Below are positions 38,736-52,936 of a DNA stretch of 64,000 bases, piece by piece. The number at the start of each line of letters is the position of its first letter. Positions within the stretch are counted from its first letter, which is position 1. A program made the position numbers and the translations under genes. Source of the stretch: Phoronis australis. Taxonomy: Eukaryota > Animalia > Phoronida. The stretch spans positions 2,530,802-2,594,801 of the forward strand of contig NMRA01000002.1 of the NCBI GenBank assembly GCA_002633005.1, given 5' to 3'. The notes below the pieces were generated by a model. The model did no database searches, had not been told where the DNA came from, and saw nothing but the letters and a program-made list of their open reading frames with translations.

Positions 38736-39813
38736 AACGGGAGGCGGTTTTTAACCGCCGTAGGCTACAAAAAGCGTCTCCCTGGGCGCTTATTAGGGCG
38801 AATACGGTAGCCCTAATAGATGGTGACATCCGTGCACGAAACGATGATTTTTATTTAAACAAGCATCAAGTGGTGACTGGCGCCAACGGGCTGGGTGAGT
38901 AGATTTTCTGGTTCCGGCACTCGCCCAGCTGGGTAGCAGGGTTTTTCAAGACTATAAAAGCCTGGGTATATCCTTGACTTCCACACTTTTCCAAAAGAGG
39001 GAAAACTACTAAGGAATGGCTGAGGAGAGTAAAAGTCTAGTTGCCGTGCGTATTGGTATGTTTTTTGGAGATCGATTCAACATCAGACAACTTGATTTTT
39101 GGTAACGTAGATACAGTGTAAGTCTTTTGACCACACCACCTTGCAGGACGATGCCATGTTTGTCAAGGCGCCTCGTTTTCGATCAACACGACAGCAGCGC
39201 GCCCCGCGTTCGTGAAGTACATAATGTAGGTGAATAGGCATCATAAAAGTTGCTTGGGGCTCAGGGAATCTGAGCGGTGACCGTTTTAAGCGAGAAGTTC
39301 TTGACATGGCGTTAGGCCTAGCTACTGTCAAACTTTCAAATCGGGCTTTTTTAACTGAGTGATTACACCTCATCACATACTCCGATGGAAATATGTAGTC
39401 AGAGAATGGCTTGACGTAATTTTTCATCTGATAGTATTTTTGTTAAAAGTTGGTTATATCGCTGGAAATGGGAGAATCACACTATTCCGGATACGCACAC
39501 ACGTTTACACAGACGCATGCATGTCAATCCACCAATCCACAATGAATTGGACACTGGATGAAAAACATACCAGTGTTTGACGAGCACTTTCTATTCCAAA
39601 TTTGAAAACGCCGGCCCTTTACCGTACTATACTAGCAAGTAATATCAGATAAAAAACCTATTTCCTGCTGTTTTGTTTCTTATTCGATTTTGAGGCATTC
39701 ACACCGCACTGTGACTTTGTGAGCTCTCTTGGTGCTGTATAGCTTAGCTAGGTATAGACATTTACTTCTAGGCTCCCTTTTTACCCTACGGTGTAACCAC
39801 AACGTACGTTTAA

Positions 39814-41427
39814 GGTAGGTGGATACACAAAAAAATAAATTTTGACTGTTTTTTTACATTTTTATGTCATCCTAATCTTTAATTCTTGGTGCACAGTATA
39901 CTGAAGAAAAATAAAATTATTCTGAAAATCCCAATTTGTTTTTTAGCTATATTTGACCAAGCCTCAGTAAGTCATATGGCTTGAGTGCTCACCAGCTCAG
40001 TGATTGACAACTGGGGCGGAGCTTATATACAAGGACACTAGCTCTAATCTAACCCTGTCAACAAGCATTGCGTAACCGGGCAATCGAGAGTGCTGTACCA
40101 GCTGATATTGGTGTTGTAGCAAGACCAAGAATAAAATAATTCTATTTTTGACCATGTGAAAGTTGGTAGTGAAATGGTGAACTAGCTCCTGTTCCGAGCC
40201 TGAGCCTGTTTGTCTATCTGCAAAAAAAATTAAGTTGAGTACGCCAAGCCCTACCGAAGCCATCACTGCTCTCAGCTTGAGGAGTCCGTGCAGAAATTTT
40301 TGGAATGTGTTTGTGACAGGTTTTCTTGGTTGTTTAGCTTGGTTGTTTACTGCTCTTGTTCAGTTCAAGGTTATCTTTGTTGCCTCTTGATATATGTTTA
40401 GCTTGGTTGTTTACTGCTCTTGTTCAGTTCAAGGTTATCTTCCCCATTGGTTAGTTTTATATTTGGCGCACATTCTGATTGGTCGAATAGGTTCACTTGC
40501 ATGCTATATGTTAGATTTTTGTACTATCACATCAGAAGCTTTTAATACATCATACGAACCACCTCGGGTTTTATCTTTGTGCAATATAAACCCACAGAAA
40601 TTGTGCATGTATAAGATAAGTCGGTAATACAGAGTCAGGTGTCTTGCGAGAGGACGCTGAGTGTCGACGTGGGTGGTGTTGCACGATTCGGTGAGAGTGC
40701 ATGCACGCGCTGGGAAGACATGCCGCGCGCGCGACACATATGGACAACTACATGCCGTCAGAGTAGAGTCTTCGCAGATAAACCGTGCTTCTGTGCTGGG
40801 AACGCGCCGNNNNNNNNNNNNNNNNNNNNNNNNNNNNNNNNNNNNNNNNNNNNNNNNNNNNNNNNNNNNNNNNNNNNNNNNNNNNNNNNNNNNNNNNNNN
40901 NNNNNNNNNNNNNNNNNNNNNNNNNNNNNNNNNNNNNNNNNNNNNNNNNNNNNNNNNNNNNNNNNNNNNNNNNNNNNNNNNNNNNNNNNNNNNNNNNNNN
41001 NNNNNNNNNNNNNNNNNNNNNNNNNNNNNNNNNNNNNNNNNNNNNNNNNNNNNNNNNNNNNNNNNNNNNNNNNNNNNNNNNNNNNNNNNNNNNNNNNNNN
41101 NNNNNNNNNNNNNNNNNNNNNNNNNNNNNNNNNNNNNNNNNNNNNNNNNNNNNNNNNNNNNNNNNNNNNNNNNNNNNNNNNNNNNNNNNNNNNNNNNNNN
41201 NNNNNNNNNNNNNNNNNNNNNNNNNNNNNNNNNNNNNNNNNNNNNNNNNNNNNNNNNNNNNNNNNNNNNNNNNNNNNNNNNNNNNNNNNNNNNNNNNNNN
41301 NNNNNNNNNNNNNNNNNNNNNNNNNNNNNNNNNNNNNNNNNNNNNNNNNNNNNNNTAATTAGTTAAAACTCCCTTTTTACTCATTTTAGTTAGGAACCTG
41401 GAGATTTGATCAGTGTATACACCTACC
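39814..41427 (+). mobile_element. Kolobok-like non-autonomous element (TTAA TSD), spans an N gap
   Basis: TTAA|GGTAGGTGGATACAC ... GTGTATACACCTACC|TTAA (TIR 14/15). Confidence 0.7.
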
Positions 41428-42786
41428 TTAATGTCGATGAGTAACATAACGCCTCCTCTAATTGTCTGCACGATCCTGTCATCTGGGCGAAGTTGGCCAC
41501 GGCCCGATGATTACGTGAAGCGCTTTGAATCAGAAGCAAATTCAAAATTATTACTTAATTAACATAGTTATCGTTGTAGTTAGTAGTACCAGTAGCTGCA
41601 ACAATTTTGTTGTCGTCCATCTGAATCCTATCTTTAGTAACGGACAGGCTGAGGCTGGACCATTTCCGTGGAGGGGTGGGGGGATTCGTTCACTGAAACC
41701 CCTCGAACCCCCCCCCTCCCCCAGCTACGGGCCTGTTAAAAAATATTCAGTCCTACTCAGTCGATTCCCGGTGTTCCGTCACTTCAACTGCATTCCGTTA
41801 ATGCAGCCGGTTGATCATTCGTCGACTCAATCGTATTTCGTCAACTGAGTCAATACTGTAATTATCGTGTTGTAGTCGTTAACTCAAACGTGTTTCGTCG
41901 GTGATTTCACCAATCCTGTTGGCAACAAAGCAAACTATTCAATTTTGTCAACTCAATAGTGTTCCGTCAAGTCAATCGTAATTTATCAAATCAATCGTGT
42001 TTCGTCGATTCAGTTTCGACAATCGTGTTTCGTCAATCCTGTTGGCTGTTTAGTGAACTAACTAAAATCTAAGTTCAAAAATACATAATGGTGTCATCAT
42101 GCTGTGAGTGGTGCAAGCATGGACATCGCACTATTATGACGTCTACAAATATGGTTGCAACATAGATTATAGACAATAGATTCGCAACTCCAACAGAAGC
42201 GTAATATCCTAGGGGAGGTGCTACCCTAAAAACATGGGCAAACTTAGCTTCCGGTTAGTGTATTATGATGACGGGACATTCTTGCATCTATTTAACTGTC
42301 CAGGACCACGAAATATAATAATATCGGCATTAGTTGGTGTTATTTTCATAGACTTAGACTTAGAAATTTTGAGCGGCGCCAGCGTGCTTTCAAGTTTAAA
42401 ATGAAACGTCCCGTGGACGGAGTATGTAATGCTGATCGAAGTGCGAAATAGATTTTGAGTAGGCCTGGTGGTTATTTCTGAAGTATTAATATGAGCTTTG
42501 TTTAAGAAGTTAACGTTTTACGAGTGTTCACTTTTTTAAACATGGATATGAGTGCAGCATCAAAGCCGATCCCGACGGAATGATGGTTACCAATTGACGT
42601 TCTTGCCGGAAGTAAAACGTGCTATGTCTGCCAAGTGTCGCTAGTGAATCGTGACGTCACGGCTTAAGCGTAAGATCACAGATTTCGTCCATTGAAAATG
42701 TACAGAGCTTACAGTCCTTGTACTATAGTCTATTGTTGCAAGCAATGAGCTATACATTCAGACGACACGACACTGCTCGCAATCCA

Positions 42787-42930
42787 GGCTCCCGTTCAGT
42801 AACGCTAGGACCTCGCTAAAAAGCAAGACTTCGCAAGATTACGTGAGATATTGCAGTGTATTTCAAATGACTTTGGCTTAATTTTATAGCTAGGTCCTAG
42901 CGCAGGTTCTAGCGTTACTGAACGCACGCC
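42787..42930. mobile_element. MITE, copy of 38592-38735
   Basis: Reverse-complement alignment with the same termini. Confidence 0.75.
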
Positions 42931-44239
42931 AGATAGCGCGTGCCCACGCAGACCGCCATAAGGGGAAGAAATGTAAACAAAAGCACGCTAACGTTAAGGA
43001 AGCCCGGAAGTATTCAGAATAATTTTTTTTATTTTTTAATGCTAGCCGGGAGGTTTTAAAATATTGCTAACACAAAGCAACGTAAACCTGTAACCCACGC
43101 ATTGCTTAAACGTTCATATAAGCCAGACATGCAAAATTCCTAATGCTTTGGCTGAAATTCTCAGTGCTGCTATTACCTGGGAGGTTTTACCGGCTCACGT
43201 CGAAAAGACAATTACACCGAAATGGAGATATTTCAATAAGTTTGGAAACCTATTCCTTTATACTGTTGTATTACCTACGTGGGAATATAAGTTATTAACT
43301 TTTTCGTCTTTATAATTGTGTAGAACCTACTGTATTTTTCAGTTGTTTACAAACCGACAAAGACGATCAGCTGTCAAGAGGGATCTTGCGCCATTGAATC
43401 CAGCACAGCACTACCAAAGTTTTTAGGCCGGGCTGGTCGGGAGCCGCTTATTTTTTCTGTCAGAGGTTGTTCATTCTTCAGGCCTACACAATAAATTGTT
43501 CCAAAAGGCTCAGGCTGAACTTTCCTGGACCTCGATCCCAGGTGAACTGAAATTTCCAACACGCCGCTTGGAGCCGGAGCTCGAAGTATTCGTTTGCACG
43601 GACCCAAATTCCTGAAAGCTGGATGGTAGAGAATAATGTTATTACATTGAAATGTAGACGTTTTTTCACAAATAATATACATGTAGGGGTGCTTTAGTGA
43701 TTACGCTTTTACTTTAATTCTCTCGTATTACTTGTTCCACTACCGCGTCTTATCTTGGCGTGGTTTGTGCATTTTGAAACTACACGACCTCAAAATTCAA
43801 ATCGTTGTGTCATGGACACTGTAGTCAAAAACATGACAATGGCAATGCATGTATATAGGCGGATTCAGAGTTTTAAAAAGGTGTTCGCAATGTTAATTTT
43901 TACACCAATCAATGTATCCCTCGAATGCAAACTTGGTTTGCGGAATCGCAGAATTTATAATAGTATACATTTGTTAGATCAAGTGGCTTCGTCCTAGCTG
44001 TCGCTAGAGAGCTTATGAATTAATTGACATGACAGTCAATAAATCGATTGGTGTACCCCTTGTTAACAACCAATGGTTTGTCTGTACGCACTCATTACTA
44101 AAATGTGTCCAAGTAGAGCACGCATAACCATTGTAAGCTCTACCCAAATAACCAGCAGACTTCAATGAAATAATCTGAGTGAGCACTGCAGTTCACACCA
44201 GCGTCTATTATTTCGCGATAATCAGAAGTATACTTTATT

Positions 44240-44975
44240 AGCTGTATTAAATTCGGGTTTAAAATTTTGAATATTCCACAGTAACGTTATCCAAGGTCCG
44301 CTTACAACATGTTGTACAGACTAGATGAAAATGGTAGATATACGTGTATGTAATTGGGCAAGCACAGTCCGCAATTTATTGTCAATGTATGGTTTCTAGG
44401 ATGTTTGGGTAAACCAGGAAGTCGCATGTCAAGGGTCGTTTGTAAATATTTTCCCTCAACGTGTTTAAGACTGAGCTTTGCAAAGATGGCAGTCCGATGT
44501 TGACTCCAAGTCTAAACTATTACAAAATTTTTAAGATTATATTTGAACTTGAAAACTGTTTAGAAACTGATAATCTTCCAAGAGTGTTCGTGCAAAGTTT
44601 TGCACGTTTTTTGCAAACCACAGGCACTAGCAGTAGAACCTTGTCGTCACGTAAATGTGATATATCAAGACAGAGTATGTAAATTATTCTCGAGGAATTG
44701 TGTCGAGGATGAATATCACTTTTTGTTAGTTTGGGACGCTTACTCCGAAATCAGAGTTAAGTTTCTAAGTGAAAGCCTCTGGACAAGTCTCTCTTTGTTT
44801 AAAATAGACAGTTATGTAATCCCGATACTTCAGTTGTGAAATACGTATACTACGCACCTAAAAAAACGGAACAACTTGTGTACTGCTGACTAGTGTGCAT
44901 AGCACTCCGATGATCTTTTTTGTTTGTCTGCTGTAGTTTGGGCCGATGGTCATGTGTACAAATAAATAAAGGAAA
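44240..44975 (+). mobile_element. Degenerate LINE (L2/Crack-like) 3' end
   Basis: LAVEPCRH..YQDRVCKLFSRNCVEDEYHFLLVWDAYSEIR, followed by a 3' UTR ending AAATAAATAAA. Confidence 0.75.
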
Positions 44976-45671
44976 GAAAGATAAACAGAAGTCTCAGCTC
45001 TTCTCATGTCAACACATACAATAAGAAAACGATTTTTTAGTCATATCAGACGTTTGCCTATGCAAGAGTGCATGTCATTACAAGCGTATGAGAGGATTCT
45101 GAGAAACCTCGAGTCGGCAGAAGTCATCACTTTTTTACAGACGGGTTACGTGTCTAGCAGAAGTTAGTATTTAATACCATTTGCTTCCACGACAACGTGC
45201 TGCATACAGCGAAACTGTGAAACAACCAGTTTGCAACAATGACAAAGTTATATTCCATCAGGCACAGTGTACACAGAAACCGAGACTCAATCCCATGTCC
45301 CAACAGAAGCTTTCCTCATGCCCTCCGGGTTTTCCAAGAAAAAAATATTCTAATCCTTAAAAAACACTTTTCAATCGTTTTCCCTAAGACCATTGCCGTT
45401 TTAACAACAGGGCCTACTAGGGCACTTGACCGGGGGCCCTATGACTACAGGAGTCGATCCACGTCATAGTAAAAAGTCAAATGATACAAATTTTTTCGGG
45501 CACAGTGCAAGCGCAAAAGTAAAGAATATCCGGTAAAACGTCCTACCTGCATAAACAGAGCATCTGAATGACTAGCCCGTAATGGTTGTATTCAAATTCA
45601 TGCAGACATGTTCTGAAGTGGACATTCTGAGCCACACCGCGGACTTATTATTAGGCAAACCGTTAAGTTAA

Positions 45672-47136
45672 GGTAGGTGGATACACAAAAAATTAATTTT
45701 GACTGTTTTTTACATTTTTATGTCATCCTAATCTTTAATTCTTGATGCACAGTATACTGAAGAAAAATAAAATCATTCTGAAAATCCAAAGTTGTTTTTT
45801 TAGCTATATTTGACCAAGCCTCAGTAAGTCATATGGCTTGAGTGCTCACCAGCTCAGTGATTGACAACTGGGGCGGAGCTTATATACAAGGACACTNNNN
45901 NNNNNNNNNNNNNNNNNNNNNNNNNNNNNNNNNNNNNNNNNNNNNNNNNNNNNNNNNNNNNNNNTTTCTAGTGCATAGATTCAAACGTAACCCTGAATTA
46001 AAACTCATGATATTATACGATTTTAGAGGAAAGCAATATAAGAAACTTTAGTAACTTGAGAATCTCACCCAAGCAGCGCTATTTGCGCAGAAAGTGATAT
46101 TTTCTTATCTCAAAGTCCATTCGGTACAGGCACGTAAAAATGCTGAACCATTACTACGAAAGTATGCCTAGTTCTTTATCCTCGTCGCCAATATTGTTAT
46201 GTAGGCAGTAACGCGGCGATTTGATATAACACATATTTTGGTTGATGATAATATTGGAATACTAACAATCAGGTCTGTGAGAGTCTTTTACAAACTGAGT
46301 GGAGAGTTCAGATGAATCGTATAAACAATCAACACATGGTTTTAATGTGTGGTCGGCACACCAGTACAGCAGACAATAGATCAACGCTAAGCTCCGCCCA
46401 CGTGACAGCCATATTTGTTTTGGTCGTCTGTCGTGCTTCACAAGTTCGAAAAAATGATTAAAATTACACTGTAAACAAGCAGGTATGTCATATTTTCTAA
46501 ACATGAAGTAAATATAAGCTTTATTTCTAGTACTTCAACAAAAATTGGAACATAATGACCACGCATTCTGAACGAAATTTGATCTCAAGTGGCAATCGAT
46601 GACCGCTTAACTTCAAAGCCGTTTTTCTCGGCTCGTGATTTCAGGCTAGTGACAAGATTCTCGGGCCTATTTTTCCACAACACGTGGGTCAATTTTTACG
46701 AAAGTTGCAAATTTGAAATCCTCTAGGACTGAAATAAAATCGCGTGCCAGGGTTTTTTGATAAATGGACCAGATTTTTAGTTATTAGACGAAAAGTGACC
46801 AAATGACAAAAAGTGGCGCGCTTGCCCCAACTCACACACAAAAAATGCCACAAAATCAAGATCATAATGAATTTGTACATATATTTGGTATGGATAAGTA
46901 GAATATTGCGTAAGGAAACAGTTGATGATGATCCCTGTGCATTTTGAAAAGAAATTCGAGGTAAAATGGGATTTTTTGAAAATTAAAAAATACGATTTTT
47001 AAAAAAAAAACGAACTACAAAAAAAAACTTTTTTTTCGATTTTTGTCACTTTCAGAGTCATGTCTAACTAGTTAAAACTCCCTTTTGACTCATTTTAGTT
47101 AGGAACCTGGAGATTTGATCAGTGTATAAACCTACC
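45672..47136 (+). mobile_element. Second Kolobok-like non-autonomous element (TTAA TSD), spans an N gap
   Basis: TTAA|GGTAGGTGGATACAC ... GTGTATAAACCTACC|TTAA; first about 225 bp and last about 70 bp nearly identical to 39814-41427. Confidence 0.75.
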
Positions 47137-47629
47137 TTAAGACAAGAAGCGTGAGAAAACAAAAGGGGGGCACATGCCTTGCACTCCCAAGCTTCCATAA
47201 AACTTTGCCATCGTATTTCAAAAACTTACGGCGTTCATTATATTTCATTAGTTTTGCTGTTCAAAATTGTTTCAAATCTCATAACTCTCGATGTATGATA
47301 TGGAAAATTCGAGTGCTATGGGACAGCGTCAATTTTATGTAAATGTGAAATCGTATACCTACATTGTACCAAATGCCTTTTATAGTGCGGTCCCGAAAAA
47401 GGTTAACCATCTGTGAAAGAACGAGAGCATGAGTAACGGTAAACTTTATTTCTTCGTTGGTTGCTCGATTCAACTGCAAAATTCAAAATGTTTTAGCCGT
47501 TACAAAGTCACATGGCTAATAATTCACACTGCCTACATGCGTACTCAAACAAACGTGAAACTACTACCTAATCGTAAGTACGAACGCGTACTTATAAAAA
47601 CGTCAAAGTTGTGGCGGTATAATAAAACT

Positions 47630-47970
47630 TCCTACAAGATAGAAAGAATACAGTGTAGATCAGCCAAGTTGGTCTTAAATGACCACTCCAGATACTTCTC
47701 TGTTACGTCTATGCTTACCAGTCTCAGATGGCCCACTCTCCAAGAAAGACGTGCTCACACAACCTTTTTGCCATTCCCCACACATAGCTTCCTCCCCTAC
47801 ATATTTCTAGATCACGTAATTCCCACTCACATACCTTTGAGAGAACACATGCGTACTGCATACTGCGCAAACTCTATCTCCCATCTGTTTTACTATAGAG
47901 ACGTGCACGAGTCACATCTCAAATATCAACTTTACTCAGTAAATTATAAAACTTGTTTTTATCCTGGCAC
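47630..47970 (+). mobile_element. CR1-clade LINE fragment
   Basis: KIERIQCRSAKLVLNDHSRYFSVTSMLTSLRWPTLQERR matches the conserved post-RT segment of CR1-like elements. Confidence 0.7.
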
Positions 47971-50900
47971 TAACCCACACTTTGTTTTGTTGTTATTCTC
48001 ACAGTTATGCACAGTTCAAATTTATCACTAACATGCGCCAGCATATAAGGATCGGTACTTCGATCGTTTGTTAAACCGGAAGAAAAAGAGACAATCAATA
48101 TACATGTTCTTACACGAATTGGGCATAAATCAAGACGTCAAAAACTAACCAAAGTCATCGACATAAACACTGGAGAAAGAATGAATCAACAATTGACACG
48201 TTACACCCCCAAACATGGTCAGCCACAAGCAGTCTCACATATGCAAAACACTATTCAAGAATAAAGGTTACGCGGTAAAAGCCGCATCACCAATACAACC
48301 AGCAACAGAAGGCCAATGGAATCGAACTACACTGAACACGTACATGTAAAGAGTATGTCGGCATTTAAACATAGATTTGTTTGCATTATCAGTGTAGAAT
48401 GGGGGCCGGAAGGGGGAGGTGGTGAAAAGGCGCTTTTCGGGGACTTTCAGAGGCGCTGTGTATCACTTATGTGCGCCAAAAATTGGTTAGTGCATACAAT
48501 TTTTATGGAAAAGGGTTACATACTTCCACTTACCACCGTAGAGAATGGAACCCACTGGGCCATTGTTTTTGATCCTGTGTGAGACGCTCCTGACTAAACG
48601 TTTTACAATGACGCTTCCAACCTTTTACTTACAGTTTTTGACGCGGATTGTTTTCGGTCATGAGATTGGACGAAGTGGACATTCCAAATTTCCAAACACT
48701 GGATTTGCTTCACGACGCTTAAACTGGCCGTCACTCATGTGCATGGAAAATGAAATTCAGAACTCTGTTGACTTTGATTCTATCATTAAGCAATTCTCTG
48801 AAAAGAAAGTTCGCAAACGCTTGCATTGTATGCTTAAAGGCATGATAGGCCCTACAAAGTAAAAAATATTAATCAAGCCATTTAGTAACCTAAAACTAGA
48901 CCTATGGATTCGATTTTGATTACAATATAAGCCATGAAACCAGAACACGCCTCACAACTAATTTAAAATCAAAATAAACAACCGATTTCTCTATTGAGTG
49001 AAACGGATATTACAAGTCTGGAGCCGTGATTACCAAAATACCCACCGGTGCATGGTTCAACATTCCTTAAACAAGCATTGAACACAAAAACTCGTAAAGA
49101 AAACCTTTTAAACAGCTCACGGCGGATCTACTTCATGGGGATGCTATCGTGACAGTTATTCACTTTGAATATACTGCAAGAATTTCCATAAAAAATCGTC
49201 AGATTCACTATTTTTGAAACACAGACAAAATGAAAATTCTTTCATCCCAATACAGTTTTCAAATTCTCCTACCCTACCAACATACATGGGCGGATCCAGG
49301 ATTTTGAGTTGGGGGGCAGGGCAGAGTATGTCAAATAATATTTCATTTAGTTTTAAATTACAAATTATAAACGATCTGTCGAATGCTTGTCACTTAGTAC
49401 ATGTAGTTGATTTTTCTCCCACAAAGCAGTCTCATTGTTTGGTGCGGCAAGACATAGACGTAGCACATTTCCCTCATAATATGGGAAATGTGACCTTTGA
49501 CCTTTGATGTAAACAAAACAATGGCGATATCACGGCCAGCCATATTATAAGGGAGATTTGAAAAAGGAAGAGTTCATAACTCGCCTGTTTTTCAAAAATA
49601 GTTAAGCTGACGATTTTGTGTAGAGATGTTTGCAATATTCAAAGTGAACAACTATCACTTTAGCAACCACAGTTTCAAATGGAATATCATCGTGAAAAAA
49701 ATCGAGGATTGAGTGGTGTACTGCGTATTCAGGGGACTTCCGCCGTCTTTAGTTTGCATTTGTGGGACTGCAGCGGAAACCGATGAACGTGTGCCAATTG
49801 TGTTTGCATTTCAGAACAATCCATAGGCGGTACTTCACATCGACACATTAGAAGACTGTCGCTGCGTCTTTACAGATTAAAACGCATCGGATCGAATAAG
49901 AACAGAAGGCTGTAACCAAAATTTTGCATTACTTTTGAATAGCATGCAGTGCAATGAAAAAATCCTTAAATCAGTAATTCGCTTTATGAGCTGTACGTTG
50001 CATATTTTGGTAACAGCCATGACCTGGGATGTGTTCAGTAAGGCTAGATATTAACCTTTAAAAAGATTTTAATCGTCCAACCACTTTCAGTGGCGGTTAG
50101 TTTGCTGTGTCAGAAGCCGATTCAGAGAGCAGATTCCCCCTCCCTCTTTGGCCGACTAAAAATGAATTGATTGTAAAATGACACAGATACAAATTATTGA
50201 ATTTATTATTTTGCGGCTAATCGTGGACATGCACTGTGCGTGAGAGGGGAGTGGATATCAAAATGAAAAGTGCTGAGTTTCCCTCATGATATCCGGCTGG
50301 TACCAAGGTAAGGTAGCAAATAATTTTGTGAAACACCTGCGAGATCTTAATGTTGCAGAAGCGTGATTTTGCGTGATTTCGCTACACTGTAGTTTTGTAG
50401 TGCTGTGGTGCGTTTCAGCGCGAGTGTCTTCGGAGATTCGCAGTATCACGCAACATGACGAGTGTTTCGGTAGTACAGTACATGTAAGCTAGCAACCTTA
50501 CCAGCGAACTCTGGCCTGAAATTGGTATCGGCGAAAGGCTGAAATGTTGACGTACATGTATGGGAACAATCTGTAAGTAAACACGTCATTTCTGTTGCAA
50601 AACTTTCTGTCCACAAATGGTTCTCAAGTCCTTTGCATTATGCACTTTACCTGGTTGCCACTGACATCTAAAAGTGCATGTCTATTGTCAAGACCTCTGT
50701 TCCCTGCACGCGCTATGACTGGGCAGATGTTGAGAAACTTCTTGATCGAAGTAATCCCGTGTGCTTTCCCCGTAAGTGATAAGAACTCGTCGCTTAAGTG
50801 GCACTCAACAACTTTTGCCGGTTTTGGGCTAGAAAAACCAGGTGCAGACAGCGACACATCTCTTTTACACAGACATTTAAACTCCAAAGCGCTCTACTAA

Positions 50901-52936
50901 ACAATGAGCAAGCGCGAGATGAGCGGACTATAAAGCAATCTGTTGCTACTGTATATATGAAAACTGCATATGAAATATGAGTTCTGTAACATACCAAATG
51001 TATTTTCGCTCTTAAAATAACTTTTATTAACTTGAAATTCCAGCATAATTGGTACGTCACTGTATAGTGGTTATTTTATTGCTTAGGCACAGATTCTTTG
51101 TAACACGGCACTTCAGCGTCTAAACATTTTTGACTTGTCGATGGTTATAGGTACATGCACAATTAAAGCGATATTCCGTTTTGTATTTTTTATTTTAAGT
51201 GTGCTTCGACAACGAATTACGTCACGTCTTCCAGTAGCATAAACTTGGTCTTTTTCAATGCCAAGCTGCTGTGTTTAACCATGTGCTGGGTGATTGCCTT
51301 CCCGAGGTTGGAAAGGGTAGACTGTGACACCTAGTCAAATATAATAAAAACAATCACAACAAAAACGAGCAACGTGTATATCAACAGACATTAAAGACGG
51401 AAAGTTGCAACTAATCAGCTACAACTTTTTAAAACAAGTGTAAATGGGTTGGGGAGAGAAGCGAAATTAATTGTGAAGGCCGCGGGGGCAGGGGCAATTT
51501 GGTGTCCACTGGGGATGCGCACATGTGTCGTGGCCCTCCACTTAAGAACTTCTTCATACGCTTGTAGACTACCATTTTCAACTTTCAACACCCACTTATT
51601 TTAAGTTATTGTGCAATATAAAGAAGTCTTGCACCATTAAACCCATCCTTTCTGGAAAAAATCTACGTTTTGAGTCATGCCACTTATCATTATAAAATTG
51701 GTCGTGTCTTATTCCTTACTCAGCTCTAAATCGATCTCTGGGCTCGGAAAAAAGAAGAAAAAATCATGACCTTGGCTTGAAGATATTACGCACTGTCAGT
51801 TATTTTCAAGTGCAGAAATCTCACCTGGTTTGACCAAACAAAAAATTGCGACCAACTGAATAATGATCAGTGATATAAATCAAAATCTGTCTTTGACCAA
51901 CAACGATAATGAGGGAAATTTTGTGCATACAAAATAGAACGAAATTGTTAGACGCAGTCAACTTCTTTGTATGTGCACAACCCAAATTCTCATCTCCATC
52001 CTTATCCATATTACAAGTGCACCTGTAAGGGAAGTCGCTGATAAGATTATGTGGGACTAAGAAACATCAAATTTGGCAACGTATTTAGCTAATGGTCGAT
52101 CGACTGCTGGGCTTTATGCACAGATCTTCAAAATGGAGGGTCTCAAAAATAGGACTTCTATGATTTTTATGAAAAAGCTGTTCAACAAAATGAAATGATA
52201 ATTTAGAAAAGTGCAACAGCATTTCTGGGATTTCATCTTAAAACCTTTATTTGAAATGAAACCTGGTGAGCAGATGATGGACATTATGGTTCATCCAGGT
52301 CAATTACTGCGTGCAAACATTAAACATCACAGCTTCTGAAACGCGCTATTTCACAAGAAATTCAAGAACCTGTGATTTGTAACTTTTCGAAAGTTGGTCA
52401 AGTTATTGATGCTGTTGCTTTTCTATCAATTTACCTTTCTTCTTTGACTAATTTTATCAAAAAGCTTGGTCACATGCCCCAACGAATATTCGATTGGTAT
52501 AAAATCAAAACTCGAATTTTACAGACTTTTTACTTTCAGAAATTATTGACTTAATTCATAGTTTTGTAGATGTTTGACTAAACGCACAAATTTAACTTCA
52601 AAATTGTTAGAAACCTGGTTGCCGTCAAAAAAATAAAAAATAATTTGATTTCCAACGCTTACCGCATAAACCTGACCTCAACTCACGCCGAGATGTGGTT
52701 TCTAGGCTAATGGAAATATGATCTTTCGATATTTCTTGATACCATGTTCAAAAGCATAAAATGACGTGGCGACACAAGCCAACTTGTTCAATTTGTTGCA
52801 AGCATTAACGAAATGACGGTTCTTTCCAAGACAAACATATCTAAATTGGTTAAAAATGCCTTAAAACTTATTTCATATCAGCAAATGGGCAAATAAAAAA
52901 ATACTTAGGGTGGTGGAAGACGACGTTATGCCTGCT

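Noticed and set aside
40639-41471. Four ORFs of about 200 aa
   Set aside because: Open only because they run through an N gap.
41800-42045. Iterated AATCGTGTTTCGTC-like units
   Set aside because: Ordinary decayed minisatellite with no further structure.
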